Source: Chrysomallon squamiferum
Taxonomy: Eukaryota; Animalia; Mollusca
NCBI GenBank assembly: GCA_012295275.1
Contig: CM022671.1
Location: 12,834,001-12,898,000, forward strand
Direction: 5' to 3'
DNA length: 64,000 nt
This document shows, piece by piece, positions 37,946 to 52,000 of the stretch (its first letter is position 1; each line of letters starts with the position of its first letter). A program made the position numbers and the translations under genes. Below the pieces are notes generated by a model. That model was not told where the DNA came from and searched no databases. It saw nothing but the letters and a program-made list of their open reading frames with translations.

Positions 37946-39418
37946 TACTCTCCCAAAAAAGAAACGCAAAATGGTTGCTTTCTTAGGTAACTATTGTAAC
38001 CTGACACATAATGTGACATATCGATGTACAAACTATTAATATAATGACATTTAGTGATTCAAACATATAGCTTTTGTTACAGGCGCCAAAAAGCAGGTAA
38101 CACCAAATAAAGGCTATGATCGCGTTTATTAGCCAAAACGTCCCCACATACAAACCACGTTACCAGTGCAGCGCACGTACGGCTCATGAAACTTGAATAC
38201 GAGGGTTTATAAAAATGCAAGGTTTTCGAATACTTCTGTTCGTTATTTTTGTTCTGACCCAACATCAAACAAATGCCACGACTGAGTGAACCGCAACGAA
38301 ACAATGCCATCGGCCGGCGAATCCTTCTCGGCCGTAGCACGGGTGTTCCATATATCCCCAAGCACCATCATGAGATTGTGGTATCGGTTCCAGCAACACT
38401 AAACAACAGGTGACCGTCCAAGATCTGGTAGACCACGTGTAACCACCAGGGCCCAGGACCACTACATATGGGTACTTCATCTATGGGAAAGAACCACAAC
38501 AGCAACCTCTACTGCTTCAGCAATACCAGATCTGCATAGAATATCGGCTGAGACAGCGTGCCACCGTTTATGAGAGGCAGGTATTCGAGCCAGATGGCCT
38601 GTAAGAAGAGTGATTTTGACTCAACAACATCGTCAGTGGTGTCAAGTGCACAGTCTGGCCTCAGTTATGATGGAGAACTGTCTGGTTTAGTGACGAGGCT
38701 CGATTTCTGCTTCATCAAGCTGATGGAAGATGTCGAGTTTACAGACATCATGGTGAACGTTTTGTTGCCAACTGCATACAGGAAGCAGACAGATCTGGCG
38801 GTGGTAGTGTGATGGTGTGGGCAGCAATTTCATACACTGGCAGGACCAAGCTGGTTAACTTCCAAGGCAACTTATCGACAGAGGTAACGAGATGAAATTT
38901 TGCAGCCACATGTCGCTTCAATTATGAATAATGGTAACGCTGTATTCCATCATGACAATGTGAGACCAGATACAGCCAGACTCGCAACTGCTTACCTACC
39001 CAACAATAACATTCAGGTCCTGCCCTGGCCCTCTAAATCACCAGATTTGAACCCTATAGAGCATTTATGGAATGAGTTGGATAGACGTCTGAGGCAGCAT
39101 ACCACAGCCACAAAATTGTGCTCAGCTGGCATAATTCCTTAAGAGTGGGCCACCATTCCACAAGGTGTAATTCATATTGTTATTACTGCCATGGGAAGGA
39201 GATGTCAGGCAGTTCTGGACTCCCATAGTGGGCACACCAGGTATTGATGTTATACTGTTATAATCTTGAACTTTAACCTTTTTAATGTAATAACATCAAT
39301 ATTAATGAATTGCGAAAGTGTGTAAAATATGAACATTCTGCTGCTTTCTGTTGATCCATTAGATAGATATTTCCAATGTCAATAAAATCTACTTTTGCGT
39401 TTCTTTTTTGTTAGAGTA
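37946..39418 (+). mobile_element. Full-length Tc1-family (DD34E) transposon with an inactivated transposase
   Basis: Terminal inverted repeats TACTCTCCCAAAAAAGAAACGCAAAA / TTTTGCGTTTCTTTTTTGTTAGAGTA flanked by TA. Transposase remnant from ATG 38273 (MPRLSEPQRNNAIG) to GHTRY* at 39247, with FSDE, GGGSVMVWAA, HDN and SPDLNPIEHLW (34 residues between D and E). Several frameshifts and stops. Confidence 0.95.
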
Positions 39419-42400
39419 TATATATATATATTAAAATTGTGTTACTGTCAGTGTTAGCATCTTAAGTACTGATAAACACATATTAAACGTCGAGGTTCGT
39501 GGTTATCATTATAATTTATGTATCACGATATATCATGAGTATATATCATACTGAAAATGTTCATCACCTACTACTAATAACATTAGATAGGTATGAAACA
39601 AAATTTTCAAAAACATAATTTTCCTGTAAATACTAAAATTATATATAATAAGAAAATGCAGATCAAAATGATGGCAAGATCCTTTTAATAGTATTGACAA
39701 TGATAATGATATGAAAGAAGTTAAGAATTTTTATCTGAATGCAGTTTGCAGATATTTAAAATACTCCTACATTGTCTGTGGAGAAACTGTGATTCGTTTC
39801 ACTCATAAAACATAAAAACTGAATATCCCATATAGTTTCAAACCTATATACACGAATTATATATATAAATGAAGTTTCCTACAGACATACAATAATGAAT
39901 GTTAATTAACTGATTGATTGCATCAATTAGCTCAAATGTAGCCCTACCTTAAAAATCTAACTTGCTAATGAACTTCATTCATAATCATCTTTATCAGACA
40001 GAAAATATGATCTAAAACTGAAATATTAATTATTATGTCATATAATTACTAATTACACATTAAATGAAATGAAATACCAAACTTCACACACATTGGCAGC
40101 AACAATAGCTATCCTATAGCCATATCATTTGCTGAGAACCTCACTCGTCCTGCTACCTCTTCTGTGAGATTCTGCAGTCTATGAGAGAAATGCATAATCT
40201 ACAACTTGAGTAGATGAATTAAAATTCTGAATAAGCTTAATTTAATTGCATAATGATCATTTTGAGATGGCAAACTTGTCTGTTTATTCTTCTTTTGGTT
40301 ATCAAAGATCATGTGTCAAGAAACGAACATGAAGATGAATCTGAATATGCATTCTACATCATAAGATTTGTGTTTTTGGAAAATATAGAACATGAATGAT
40401 GAAACAGAAATGAGGGAACATACTTCAAGGAATGCAATTACATGTCACAGAAATTGGGTGACTTTTTGCTGTGGCACAAACATCACTTTTGTTAGGTAAC
40501 TTACATTAGAGGTTAGTACTACTATTAGTAATAAATATTTAGTGGTTTCCAGATGATCATTAAGTATTGGGATATTATATTATGTAGTGACATGTCAGTT
40601 TTTCTGTTAACTTCTTCAGCAGCAAATCTTTTATTTTTTTTAAACTTGCATATATATGTATTTTCTAAATATTTATGTAACAATATATGACCTAAATATG
40701 CTGTATTACGCTGTTTGAAAGGCTGCATATACTGTGATCTAGGATAATTAATATGGTTATTTAACTTGTTACATATTTTGCACATAAATGAGACAGATTG
40801 GTGTTCCAAAAAACATGGAATATAATACTTAGGTCTATTTTAAGTTAAAACTACTGGTTTCATTATAAGAACTTAATTCAGCACTATAAAAATAGAATAA
40901 TGAACTTCAGTGAACTGATTCAGTAATTTGACTAATTAACAGGATCTAGTCCATGAAATTATGACAAGTAAGTACTGATAGCAGTAACATTAAACTTATT
41001 TCCTTTCATAAATGTAAATTAATTTCTTTATTTACGATTCAGCAGGCCTATTTTTGATTAAAAAATGGAAGTAATATGATTGTTAGAATGCTTCATTATT
41101 TGTACTAACTCAAACTTTGTTGTATGATATTCTGTAAAGTATATAGAAGTTGATAATTTAAAAATTAACATTACAGACATATGGATCAACAACACAAAGA
41201 AATTATCCAGTATCACAGGGTTTATTTAAAAGAAAATCTTAATTTTGATAGTGTACCAGACTGGCTGATACAGGACACAGGTACTTAATTATATGCAGTT
41301 GAAGAAATACAGTCTATGGAATCAAACCACAAGAAAATACCAGATTTCTTATTAGAACTTGTACAAAAAGGTTTAACAGCTTTCAGTAGTGCTTGGACGA
41401 ATTGTACGTGTGTAATGATGTCAATTTTAAGACAAACAACTCAGCTCTGAAAGTGAAACCTGGCTGCCACCTTACAATTCATATTTATTAAACTTACTGT
41501 AAGTGATATTCCTGTTTCTCTAAGATATAGATGATTATTTTGTTTGCAAAATTCTTGCTCAATTAAAAATAAACTAATCACTTTTTTTTCTATATCATTA
41601 ATTGATTTTTAAAACTTCATATATTTTTGCTTCAACTGTTGATTAGCTCCATCAGAGAAAATAAGAACAGTGATAGGTAACTTTTGTATGTAGAAAGCTA
41701 AGAAAAATCATTTATGTTTCTGTGTCAAATATCTGACTTACCACACCTGCATCTTTAATTGCCCCTAATTAGTACATGCAACACCCTTCTGGAATGGGCT
41801 TCAGGCTTAAGGCAAGTTTGTGTATTGCAGAAGGTTAGGTTAAACATCAAATGCTGTAATGCTTTTGAGTAACATTTTACACACACACACACACACATAC
41901 ATACATTACAGTATTTTTTTAACTTAATTAAAATACTTAAGACTGAAAAAGAAAAAATCAGGCTGCATATGTAAAGAAACTTGCACTGTGCTTGTCAAAG
42001 TTTAGACCCCATTATTTAATTTTTTTTTTTTTTTTAATGTAATAATGTCTCTAAATACTTGAAAAATGCATCTAAACATAAATTATGTGAAATTAAAATG
42101 CAGATAAAAAAAAAAAAAAAATTAATTAAAATTTAATTAAAGAAAACATACGGAAAATATTGATAAATGGTAATTGATTATTGGTGAAACTCTTCATCTC
42201 TTCATAAACTTTTTTCTCAAAGTTTTATGACTTAAGTTGGCTAAAAATGCAAGTCATTCTACAATACACAGGCATTCTGTCTGAATTCAGTAGCTGATGA
42301 TATTTGTAAGAGCACTATTAATTTTTGAATGCTTTGGAGAAAACACCAAAAATTCATTCCTGATCTCAAAGAAAATCTGAAATAGAAAAAATTGACCTCT

Positions 42401-45400
42401 GATAAATAATCAAAATTATCTGAATACAGATGGATGGCTAGATGGCTAAGTCAAATGAACTGTCTTTAAAATTTACAAAAAGCATGGTTACTGCAAGAAA
42501 TGAAAATGTAAATGACAGTACTGTATATTATGTATCAGTAACTCTGTAAAATTATTTACTAGGAAATATTTTTTATTATTTTTTATTACAGATTTTAGAT
42601 ATTTTAATACTGAAATCTGTAGCCAGTATACCTGTAAGAATTAAATCAACTTAACAAATATGTGATAATATATTAAACAGTTTTTTAGAAATACATATTT
42701 CAAGACTGAACTTAATTTAAGTGTGTAATTTAAAAAAAAAATTTAATACATCCAGACACCTATTAATGGGTATTGTATACAGTTAATAATGATTAAAAAT
42801 AATGCTAGTTTTATTTATTTAATTTTTTTTTATTTATTTATTTTTTTTTTTTAAGATTTTTTTTTTATTATTGTTTTTTAATTCTGCTGAATAACAATAA
42901 ATTACTTAGACATTTATTTTGACTTTGATCAGTCTATAGCCATTTCAGTAAATTATAATTTTAATGGTACATCTTTAATCAGGCATGGGCTATCTGTTTT
43001 CAGAAGCAGACTGCAAAAGAACCTGGCTCATCATCAGGTCTGCCATTCAGAAAGACAAATGAACAACAGATTGCCATTGACTGTCTTTAACATTAGGTCT
43101 GTAGCAAAGGTGAAAATTTCACTTGGAAGACTCAGTCCTTACATAATTAAGCTGAGACCACACTTGCACATTAAGAACATTGTGTGTGTCTCAAATGGTA
43201 TAAAGTTAAATTAACCATTAGGATTTAGGGTAATAATTTTCAGCAACTCGTATCAAGCCAGCTAAATACTTTTCTGGTGCAGTGACAAACCTTCCTCCTA
43301 TAGAGGCTCTTGGATATACAAATCCTTAAAAAATTGTGTAACATTTTTCTGAAAAAGGTACTATTCCAACATCTGTAAAGTAATGTTGGTATACATATTA
43401 AATGGTTTTGAAATAACTAAATGTAATTTTAAAATAGTTTATAAATTTATATTTGATTCACTGCACCTGAAGAGTGAGAGATGAAGATCTGAACAAAAGA
43501 ATACAAAATATGAATTTAATTATTTTCCTATTTGAAATTCCTGCATTATGAGAAAGGATAGAACTGTTATTTTATATCAAGACTTAATCTGTTGTTGCAG
43601 TCATTTGTTCAACTTTCTTTTTGAATTTTTCTCTACAGTTTTCAAAAACATACAAACACCTTTTCTTTGTAAATAGTTTTATTAAGAATACATTGTTGGA
43701 TTAAAATACAAACACAAAGCAGTTAAAAGGTAGTACATAAAACATTAAAATATCTATGCCACAAACAACTACAAACTTCCTTTATATTTATGCGATTTTC
43801 ATTTTGTACTAAAAACATGTAACATACCTGATACAAAAAACCAAAATAAACCAAATTATTAAAATAATTTGAAAAACATCTTATTTATTTTATTAACAAG
43901 AAAGAAAAACATTAGTATGCAGACTTGTTTGTCAAACAATGTTCTTAAGCACATATAAAAAAAAAATTATTAAAATTAAAAAAAAAAATTAAAACAATGA
44001 ATAAATAATTAATATGGATTAATATGCAGGCAACTGTTTCTCTAACATAATAAGACATTTAAGACCAAAACCAAATTTGTAAATTCATCTAACTTCAGTA
44101 CTTGATTATTTATTATGTTATTTTAAAGGAAGAAAACTGTTGAGTTAATATTCAGCAACTTTTTCACATATAATATTACACGAAATATGATAAAAGGTCC
44201 TAATATTAAACAATATTAAAATATCATGTTTAATAGGGCCACCATCATTAGAAATCCCATGCTCTACTTGATAGAAGAAAACTCGAAATCGAAACAGGAT
44301 TTAGTTCTGTAGTGACAAAGAAACAGCATATTCATTTACTTTCAGTATTACACATCTCTTTTTATATATATAGTATGTAAAACAAATGTTTTTTGCTGTT
44401 TTCATGCTGTAAAATTACTTACCTTGGATGATGATCCTTGAACAGATTTCATGGATACTTTTGTGTTTTCATTTCTTTATCTTGATAAATAAGATTTTAT
44501 TTTATATTAAATGGCTTGCAGTTAATGCAGATAAACTTATATAGACTGAAGAAGTTTTTATTTACAATTTTTTTTATTTTATATCCATATAAAATCACAT
44601 TTAATATTAATTTATTAGGGAGTCAAAAACAAAAAGAAGTAGAAAGTAAATTTCACTCATGTTAAAAGTTAAATTCAGTATAATTTGTTGTTCTTGTTAT
44701 TATTATTATTATTTTATTACATAACATTTACGAGATTAAAATGTTTTAATATAAAATTCATTAGCCAAAACATCACTCAAAGATGCAACTACAGTATTAA
44801 TATTTCATAACTATTTGTCTACTGTTTATATTTGATGTGTAAGGAGACAAAAGCAACAATAAACAGAGTGTAAATTGTATGCTAGGATAGCGTGGTATAT
44901 TTTAAATAGATTTACATCATAGATTTTTTGCAAAAATGAAATGAAAATTCAGCAGTAAACATCTTTCATCTGACAAGCTATTATGTAATAAATTCTCCAG
45001 TGTGCACAATAAATAAACATGTATTTTGGAAAATGTTGAGAAAATAAAAACCATTGTATAGTACCTTTCATTTGTTATTTATGCTGTATATCTAGTTGAT
45101 ATTGCACAAAATATATGTTTCTTTAATGAATATAAAAATATATATAGAACTAATCATGTCTCTATTGTTGTTTGAAATGTGAAACAGAAGACTATTTTAT
45201 TGTCACACAAGACAAATAAAAATCATTATCTGACAGCTGCACTTATAGAATAACAAATCTCACATTTAAAATACAGAATGCTAACAGAAAATTACTGTAA
45301 TTATCTTAAACACTTTAATTAAAAAAAATAATAATAATATAAAAAAAAAAAGAGTTAATGATACATGTTTGGAAAACCTGATTTTTGGTCTTTTATATTT

Positions 45401-45669
45401 TATTTGTAATTTAGAAATTGTTGGTCTGCTCAGTGTTTGTTTATTTAGGACTGATATCATTTCTTTACCAACAACTTTAGTTTCAAAAAAATACTGACAT
45501 AATTATGATAATATACAAATTCACAAAAACTACATCATTTATATGCAAATTTAGTAATACAGTATAAGAGTGAGGATACACATAATGTGAGATTAGTAAA
45601 TATGCTATCACAGAAGAAAAATATCATAGTCATACATATTGCATATATCTAATATAATTTTTGTTTTTG

Positions 45670-48600
45670 TTACAGACAATATTTTCTTTTCAGTAGATCA
45701 GAGTATTCTGCACTGGCCTTAACACAAGAAGAATTCCAACCTGTTGTGCTGTGAATGTGAGGGTTGATATCATCATGTGGTGCTGAAATACATATTAACA
45801 GAATTTTCTTTATGTTTTACTGTTTACTTTATTTCTCTAAACCAAGAATATTATGAGATTTAAACATTTTATTATTTTGTTTTTCTATTAATTTTTAATG
45901 GGTTTTTTTTTTTTTTAAATTTTAAGTACTTTGTAGAAATAAAGAAAGATGTAGAGATATAATTTTTTAAATATCTAAACTGTTAGATGCTAGAGATTTC
46001 CAAATTTTATTTAAAGTCAATCCGAACCCTACAGTTTGTTAATTACAAATAAATGCATCAACACAAAGAAATGGAAAAATTCACCATTCATTTCAATAAA
46101 TGAAATGGCCAACAAACCATTATAATTCCTTAACAAATGATGAATCATTTCCTGAATAGAGACCCAAGATGATAGTTCTGCTGGGTTGAGTGCACATCAT
46201 AGGATGGTTGCCTCAGAACCAAGACAGATTTACTAAAGGCAACCAAATAAATAACTAACCTGCTTCAAGGTGTTTGGCAATGCTGCGGTCCAATTCAGCT
46301 TGGATTCTGCCATTAAAGTCACCATTTGCACTATCAAAATGTTTGCTTGCATCAAGTGATACGCCATTATTCAGACTTGAGAAGTTGAGACTGCTACACA
46401 GTTTACTTTGGTGACTGTCAAATATATCAATAAATAAAAATGATTTTATTTATAAGTTTAAGTAACTGTAATGTTTTTCAACATTCTGTTTCAGACAATG
46501 AACTATTTTTATTAGCAATGCCTTTAATACAACTCACTTCTAGTTAATTGATGCTAAATATAACGAACATGAAATGAAACAAAATGTGTTGTAAAATGAA
46601 ATACCAATGACTCTAGCAATTCCTGTAAATCAAATAATTTTTTATTTGAATTATACTCTTCATTCATAATTTACACTATACAATGTGGCATACTTACGAC
46701 ATCTTTGTTCTGTAATCCACAGCTTTGCTGTATGTTAATTCAAGCTGTTGGCTCAGTCTCATTCTCCATTTCATTTCAGTTTCATAGAGCTTCTTGTATC
46801 TGGACATTTGTATTTCCAGTGTTGTATATTCTGTAATGGTCTTTTGATATTTTGCATTCATTTCAGTCAGTTCCTTCTATTAAAAAAAACCAGTTCTTTA
46901 ATATGAATTTGGGTATACTTGTTTAATATTTGAATCACTAGCTTACATTATACAAATCATTTTGCAGTGAAGAAATGTATCAAATACATTAAAACAAGTA
47001 AAATCACTAAAATATATACATGCACTTGGAGCAGCTGCTATTCAGTGTCTATATATCACAAAAAATGATAACTTTTACATATCATTACCATTAATTATAT
47101 GATGCAGGACAACACTCAGAATTATTTACTGTAATATGTTATCTGCCATGCACAATTATACTGTGACTTTTATTTTTATTATATAGTTTTTACAAATTAC
47201 TTATGCTAACCTGAAGTCGATTTTTCTCATTTAAAAGCCTCCTTTCATTTTCTGCTCTTGAATTATTGAGCTGATCTGATGTGTGGGCTTGTTCTTCCAA
47301 ATATCTATTTACTTCATTCAATTTCCGGTTTAGTTCCATTCTGAATTTTGCCTCTAACTCTTGTCTTATCAACAGTTCAACATCAGAAGATGGTAGGCGA
47401 TTGTTTCCCACAATAAAATCAGTCTATGTAAAAACAAAATCAACTTTTAAAATCAAATTCCAACTATGTGTTTAAATACAACTATTTGTCAACCACAACT
47501 ATACACTCATCAGTGTATTTTGAACAGTAAACAAATGCACAAGAAGTATTAATTCTGAGATATAAAATAATGGAAGTATCATAACATAAATATTAAGTGT
47601 AAAATGATAATTTAAAAACAAGCAAACAAATAAAAGCCAGGTAAATTAAACAGATTTTAATTAAGGGCCTTTAATTTCTTGAAAAAAGCTCATGCTGCCA
47701 AGTTGTTAGCAAGGTGGGAGTTTTTGAATATATGTGATCAGTTTATAAAATAAAAAATAAAAAATAAAAATAAAAATTCAGAAACTACTGTAGTGGTATG
47801 AAAATTAGCTTTTTTCTAATCATAAAAGTTTTGTATGATAGCTGAAGATTTTGTTTTTGCTTACAATAGCCATGAGCATGAAGTATTAAACTCAATTACA
47901 AATGTTACAACTGTATCATAAAATAATAAAAGATTTGTTTCTTACTTTATTGAGAAACTACTGAACTAATAATGAGTTTAAGGTTTATTAAAGCAGCTAG
48001 AAATACTGTCTGACAAAATCTTTGTTGATCTCTACTCAGTTAGTTGTGAAATTAGTTTTTGAGTTCAGTTCTTTTCCAGTTTATTTCTAATCATGTTTTT
48101 ATTTCAATCCTAAATTAGAGTTTGACTAAAGAAATCATATAAGAATGAAAAAATAAAAAACAATTGTAGGATTATAAAATACCTGTCTTTCAGAAGAATT
48201 AAAAGTTCCTTCCAGTGAATTTCTTTGCCTGTCACATTCAGAATAATGAGTGCTGGTAGGATGAGGGTCAAAGCCATCTTGTTCCTAGAATGTCATGCAG
48301 GATGAGGACAGAGGTTAAGAAAAGTTGGAACATGCAGGAGGAAAAGGATTATTAGAAGTGAATTAAATGCTAAATAATGATTCTTCACACAAGAATCTGT
48401 TATTAACACAATGCAAAACAGTGACTGGTTTCATCAAGGTATAAATAAAAATATCAGTAAGAACATTCCAATAAAATTTTACTAAATTACCATGCATATT
48501 GTTCTTATAATCAAAGTACAGACCAAGACTGTGCAAAACAACAAAAGTAATAAACTTTATCTCCTCTTTTGTTTATGTGTGTTTGGTTTTAAGAGTAAAT

Positions 48601-49054
48601 CTAGAATCACTGCCGATTTTTACACTGAAAATGTTCAGTTATATTATTTTTTGTATTAATTATTGAATTCACACAGCAGTATACTCAAATCACCTCTGTT
48701 AGAAATAATCATAATTCAGTTAAGAATACAGAACAAAAACAATCAATATTTAACCTTTTGTTTTTTCTTCATTGTTTTTAGCTGCATCTTCAAATTGCTT
48801 ATCTCTGTTTGCAGTTGTTCATTCCTTGAGAAAGTAAAGACAAACAAAAATGTGACAAAAACTTGACAAAAGACAAACATTAAAAAGAGAAGTGGGTGAG
48901 AAGTCTGGCTTATTTAGTACCTTGCTGTGAAATGTTTTTTACAAATTTATCATTTTCCCTTCTCTACTAAGCTTTTACTAATTTAATATGTTTAAAATGT
49001 GCAGTATAAAATTTGACTGTAAGAACAAAATCACAGGAAAACAAGGCATAATTT

Positions 49055-49097
<43 letters not shown>

Positions 49098-52000
49098 CTA
49101 TCTTTAGTTCATCAGTTCATTAGCACATATACTTATTCCAACAACCCTGGTACAGTTTTACAGCCATACACATGACCTTCACTCCTGAAGCTGCACATAT
49201 GCCTTCTTAACTCTTTTCTGTGGTCGGGTGCTGACTGCATACTATCTCAGCTATCTTGTTCTAGCTGGAACTGCTCGATGAATTGCCAGATTGATGGATG
49301 AATATGGCCAACAAGATGAAGAACTTATCATTCCATCACTTGCGGATTTTGCTGGTTCAGATCATAGACATTCAAGAGTTCAGGATGAAGCATGGCTGGA
49401 ATACAACACAGTCTCATCATTTTCTGAGGCTGGTCTGGTGAAAATATCACTGATGTATGTCTTGTCAACATAGGTAAGTAGATCATTTGTGTCAGGTGGA
49501 GCTTGTGGAAGTACAGTCCTAAGGAACTGAAGACCTTTCCTTATTTCATTAAGTGGTAAGCAGGCTAGGCCGCCCGTCATACCACAGAATAAGTGATGCT
49601 CTGAGTCGATATTGTAGTGTTATGCCAGTCCCAACTCCATGGGCCTTCTGTCAGGCAGCTTGTTTGATAACAGACACAGCCATGCATATTCACTTCATGA
49701 CCTAAAACAATGACTACTGCATGGAGAACAGCATTCACCTACAGAGTGTCAGCATCTGCAAGATGTTGCAGACCCTCACATATCCAAACACCACAATATT
49801 GTCATAGAAAAGAAATTGCTCAGGGTTAGGACATTCTGCAGGAATTCTTCCATTAAGTCACCAAGGTCTTGAGGTGTTCTAGGAACTGGAGGAGTTGGCC
49901 GCTGGTTACCAAAGGTTTATTTACATGAGTTAGGAGCTGGTAGCAACACATGAACTATATCATCTCATTGGGCAAGGGCTTGAGCTAGGATCTGCCCAGG
50001 TCCACACTCCATTTTAAAACCTAGCAAGTTGAACTTGTGCTTCATCTGCAGCATGGTTGTGAGGCTGAACAGTCTCTGGATTTGCCAGCTGTAAATCTGT
50101 TACAATGCTTCTATGACACTGACCACTGGACCTTTTAACACACTTCCACTACAACATTATCCCATTTTATGTGGCAGTACTTTACTTTAGGTGGAACTTA
50201 ACAGTCTTCTTACCTGACACAGGTGTATAAAAGGAATATATGGTTAACAATATCCTACCTTAACTGGCAGACTTCACTCATTTTCACATTTCTGACTCCT
50301 ATCACATATAGCAATTACAACAGTTATCACAAAAATATTAAATATTACTCTCTTTTTTCAAGTGTTTTTTTCTTTTGTTGTGACTTTGTTCTGTGATTTA
50401 TTTTCCTGGGACTTTTTTCTGTTTACCTAAAATTTAAAAGACCAGCTTACTTTTGTTTTTCAGCTTCCACTTTGGATTCAAAGTTCTTTTTGACATCACA
50501 TATTTTTCTTGATTTTCTTTTTTCCTTCATTTAAAAAAGAAAGACAAAAAAGTTAACACAAAATCATTGTGAACATTAACATTGTAAGGAAGATTACAAA
50601 TCACTATTATTATTTATACCTAGTGCTACATTTCTTAATCAAAAACTAAAATAAAATAAAAAGCCTGTAAGATCTCAGACAGTTAGAATTTGTAGATTAC
50701 CCAAATGCAAGTAGACACATATATGAGTTATTTTTCAATTCAAGTATGTTTTCAGTCTTCATACTATACATAGCCTTAAATACTGGCCTGATAAAGCTTC
50801 AAGTATTGGTTCATAATGATTAGTGATAATGAATATTACATACAGCATCATTCCAATGTCATTGGTATTACTGTCCCTAATCAAGTAGTTGGTAGTCAAA
50901 TTGCAAAAATATTACAGAAATGTCTATTTGAACCACTAGATATTTATTACTTTATTTATAATACTGTTTTCTCATTTTCAATTGAAAATATTTTATAATA
51001 TTCATAATGAGATTATTATTCATTCTCAAATCCTTGTCACAAGGTTTCGTGTCATTGGTAATAGCCACTGGTAGTTAATCTTCCAGCACATGGATGCCAG
51101 CACAGAAGTAATGCAAATGCATGAGAATCATTCTTTTGGCCTGATGTAATTGTTCTATGGGTTTTGTTTTCTGAAATATATCACTAAAATGAAGCAATGG
51201 TTTATCCAATGTCATTGGTTTTGTTGCCTTTCATACAATGTATGAGATAACAACAGCTGTCCTACCTTATTTGCATTGTTATTTAGCCAACGTGTGTTAA
51301 TTTTTAGAACTTGTGCTTCATCTGTAGGGAGCATTAATTATTTATTAGTGATTCTGTCATTGATGTAACTAGTCACTGGTGTTATTTGAATAGTATAACA
51401 CAAATGATTACTGCTAACACTCACTAATGACAAATTGCCAGAGAAGGTTACTTAGCTGTGCTAGGTAGGATTAATTTGTAATTCAATACAATCAACAGAA
51501 CAACAAAACAGTGAAAACTCTGAAAAGTACTGAAAAACCAGAAGTTTGAGAGAGAATCAAAATCAAAATGATTATAAGTTTGATGACTGGCAAGAAAAAC
51601 ACAGTAACATTCTTTTAAAAAAATGGAAAGAAGGTTATTGTCAGAAAGTTTTGCACCAGAAATTCACTTGTGAATTATGTAAGTTATTCCAATTTCTGTT
51701 CATTGAAACCATTCTGGGTTGTTGAACTTCTTTGTTGGATAGACATCATGCCTGTGCAAGTTGATGGAGAACACCTAATTTACTGGTGACAAACTGAAGG
51801 CTGTTAACATCACTGCAACAAACAACCTAGAGAAGCCATCTGATGACATTGTCTGAATAAGGAAGAAAAAAAAGATTTGTGCATATGGTGTATGTGATGC
51901 ATGCAAAGAAACATTTTCTTAAGAAAGTGTCATGCACTACAACAGAGAAAGACCAGGATACAATAACAATCACTCCTAAGGTCCAAGTCTAGCAGCTCAT

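Noticed and set aside
38077-38812. ORFs 38077-38361, 38265-38480 and 38558-38812 as independent genes
   Set aside because: Antisense or off-frame readings inside the Tc1 element.
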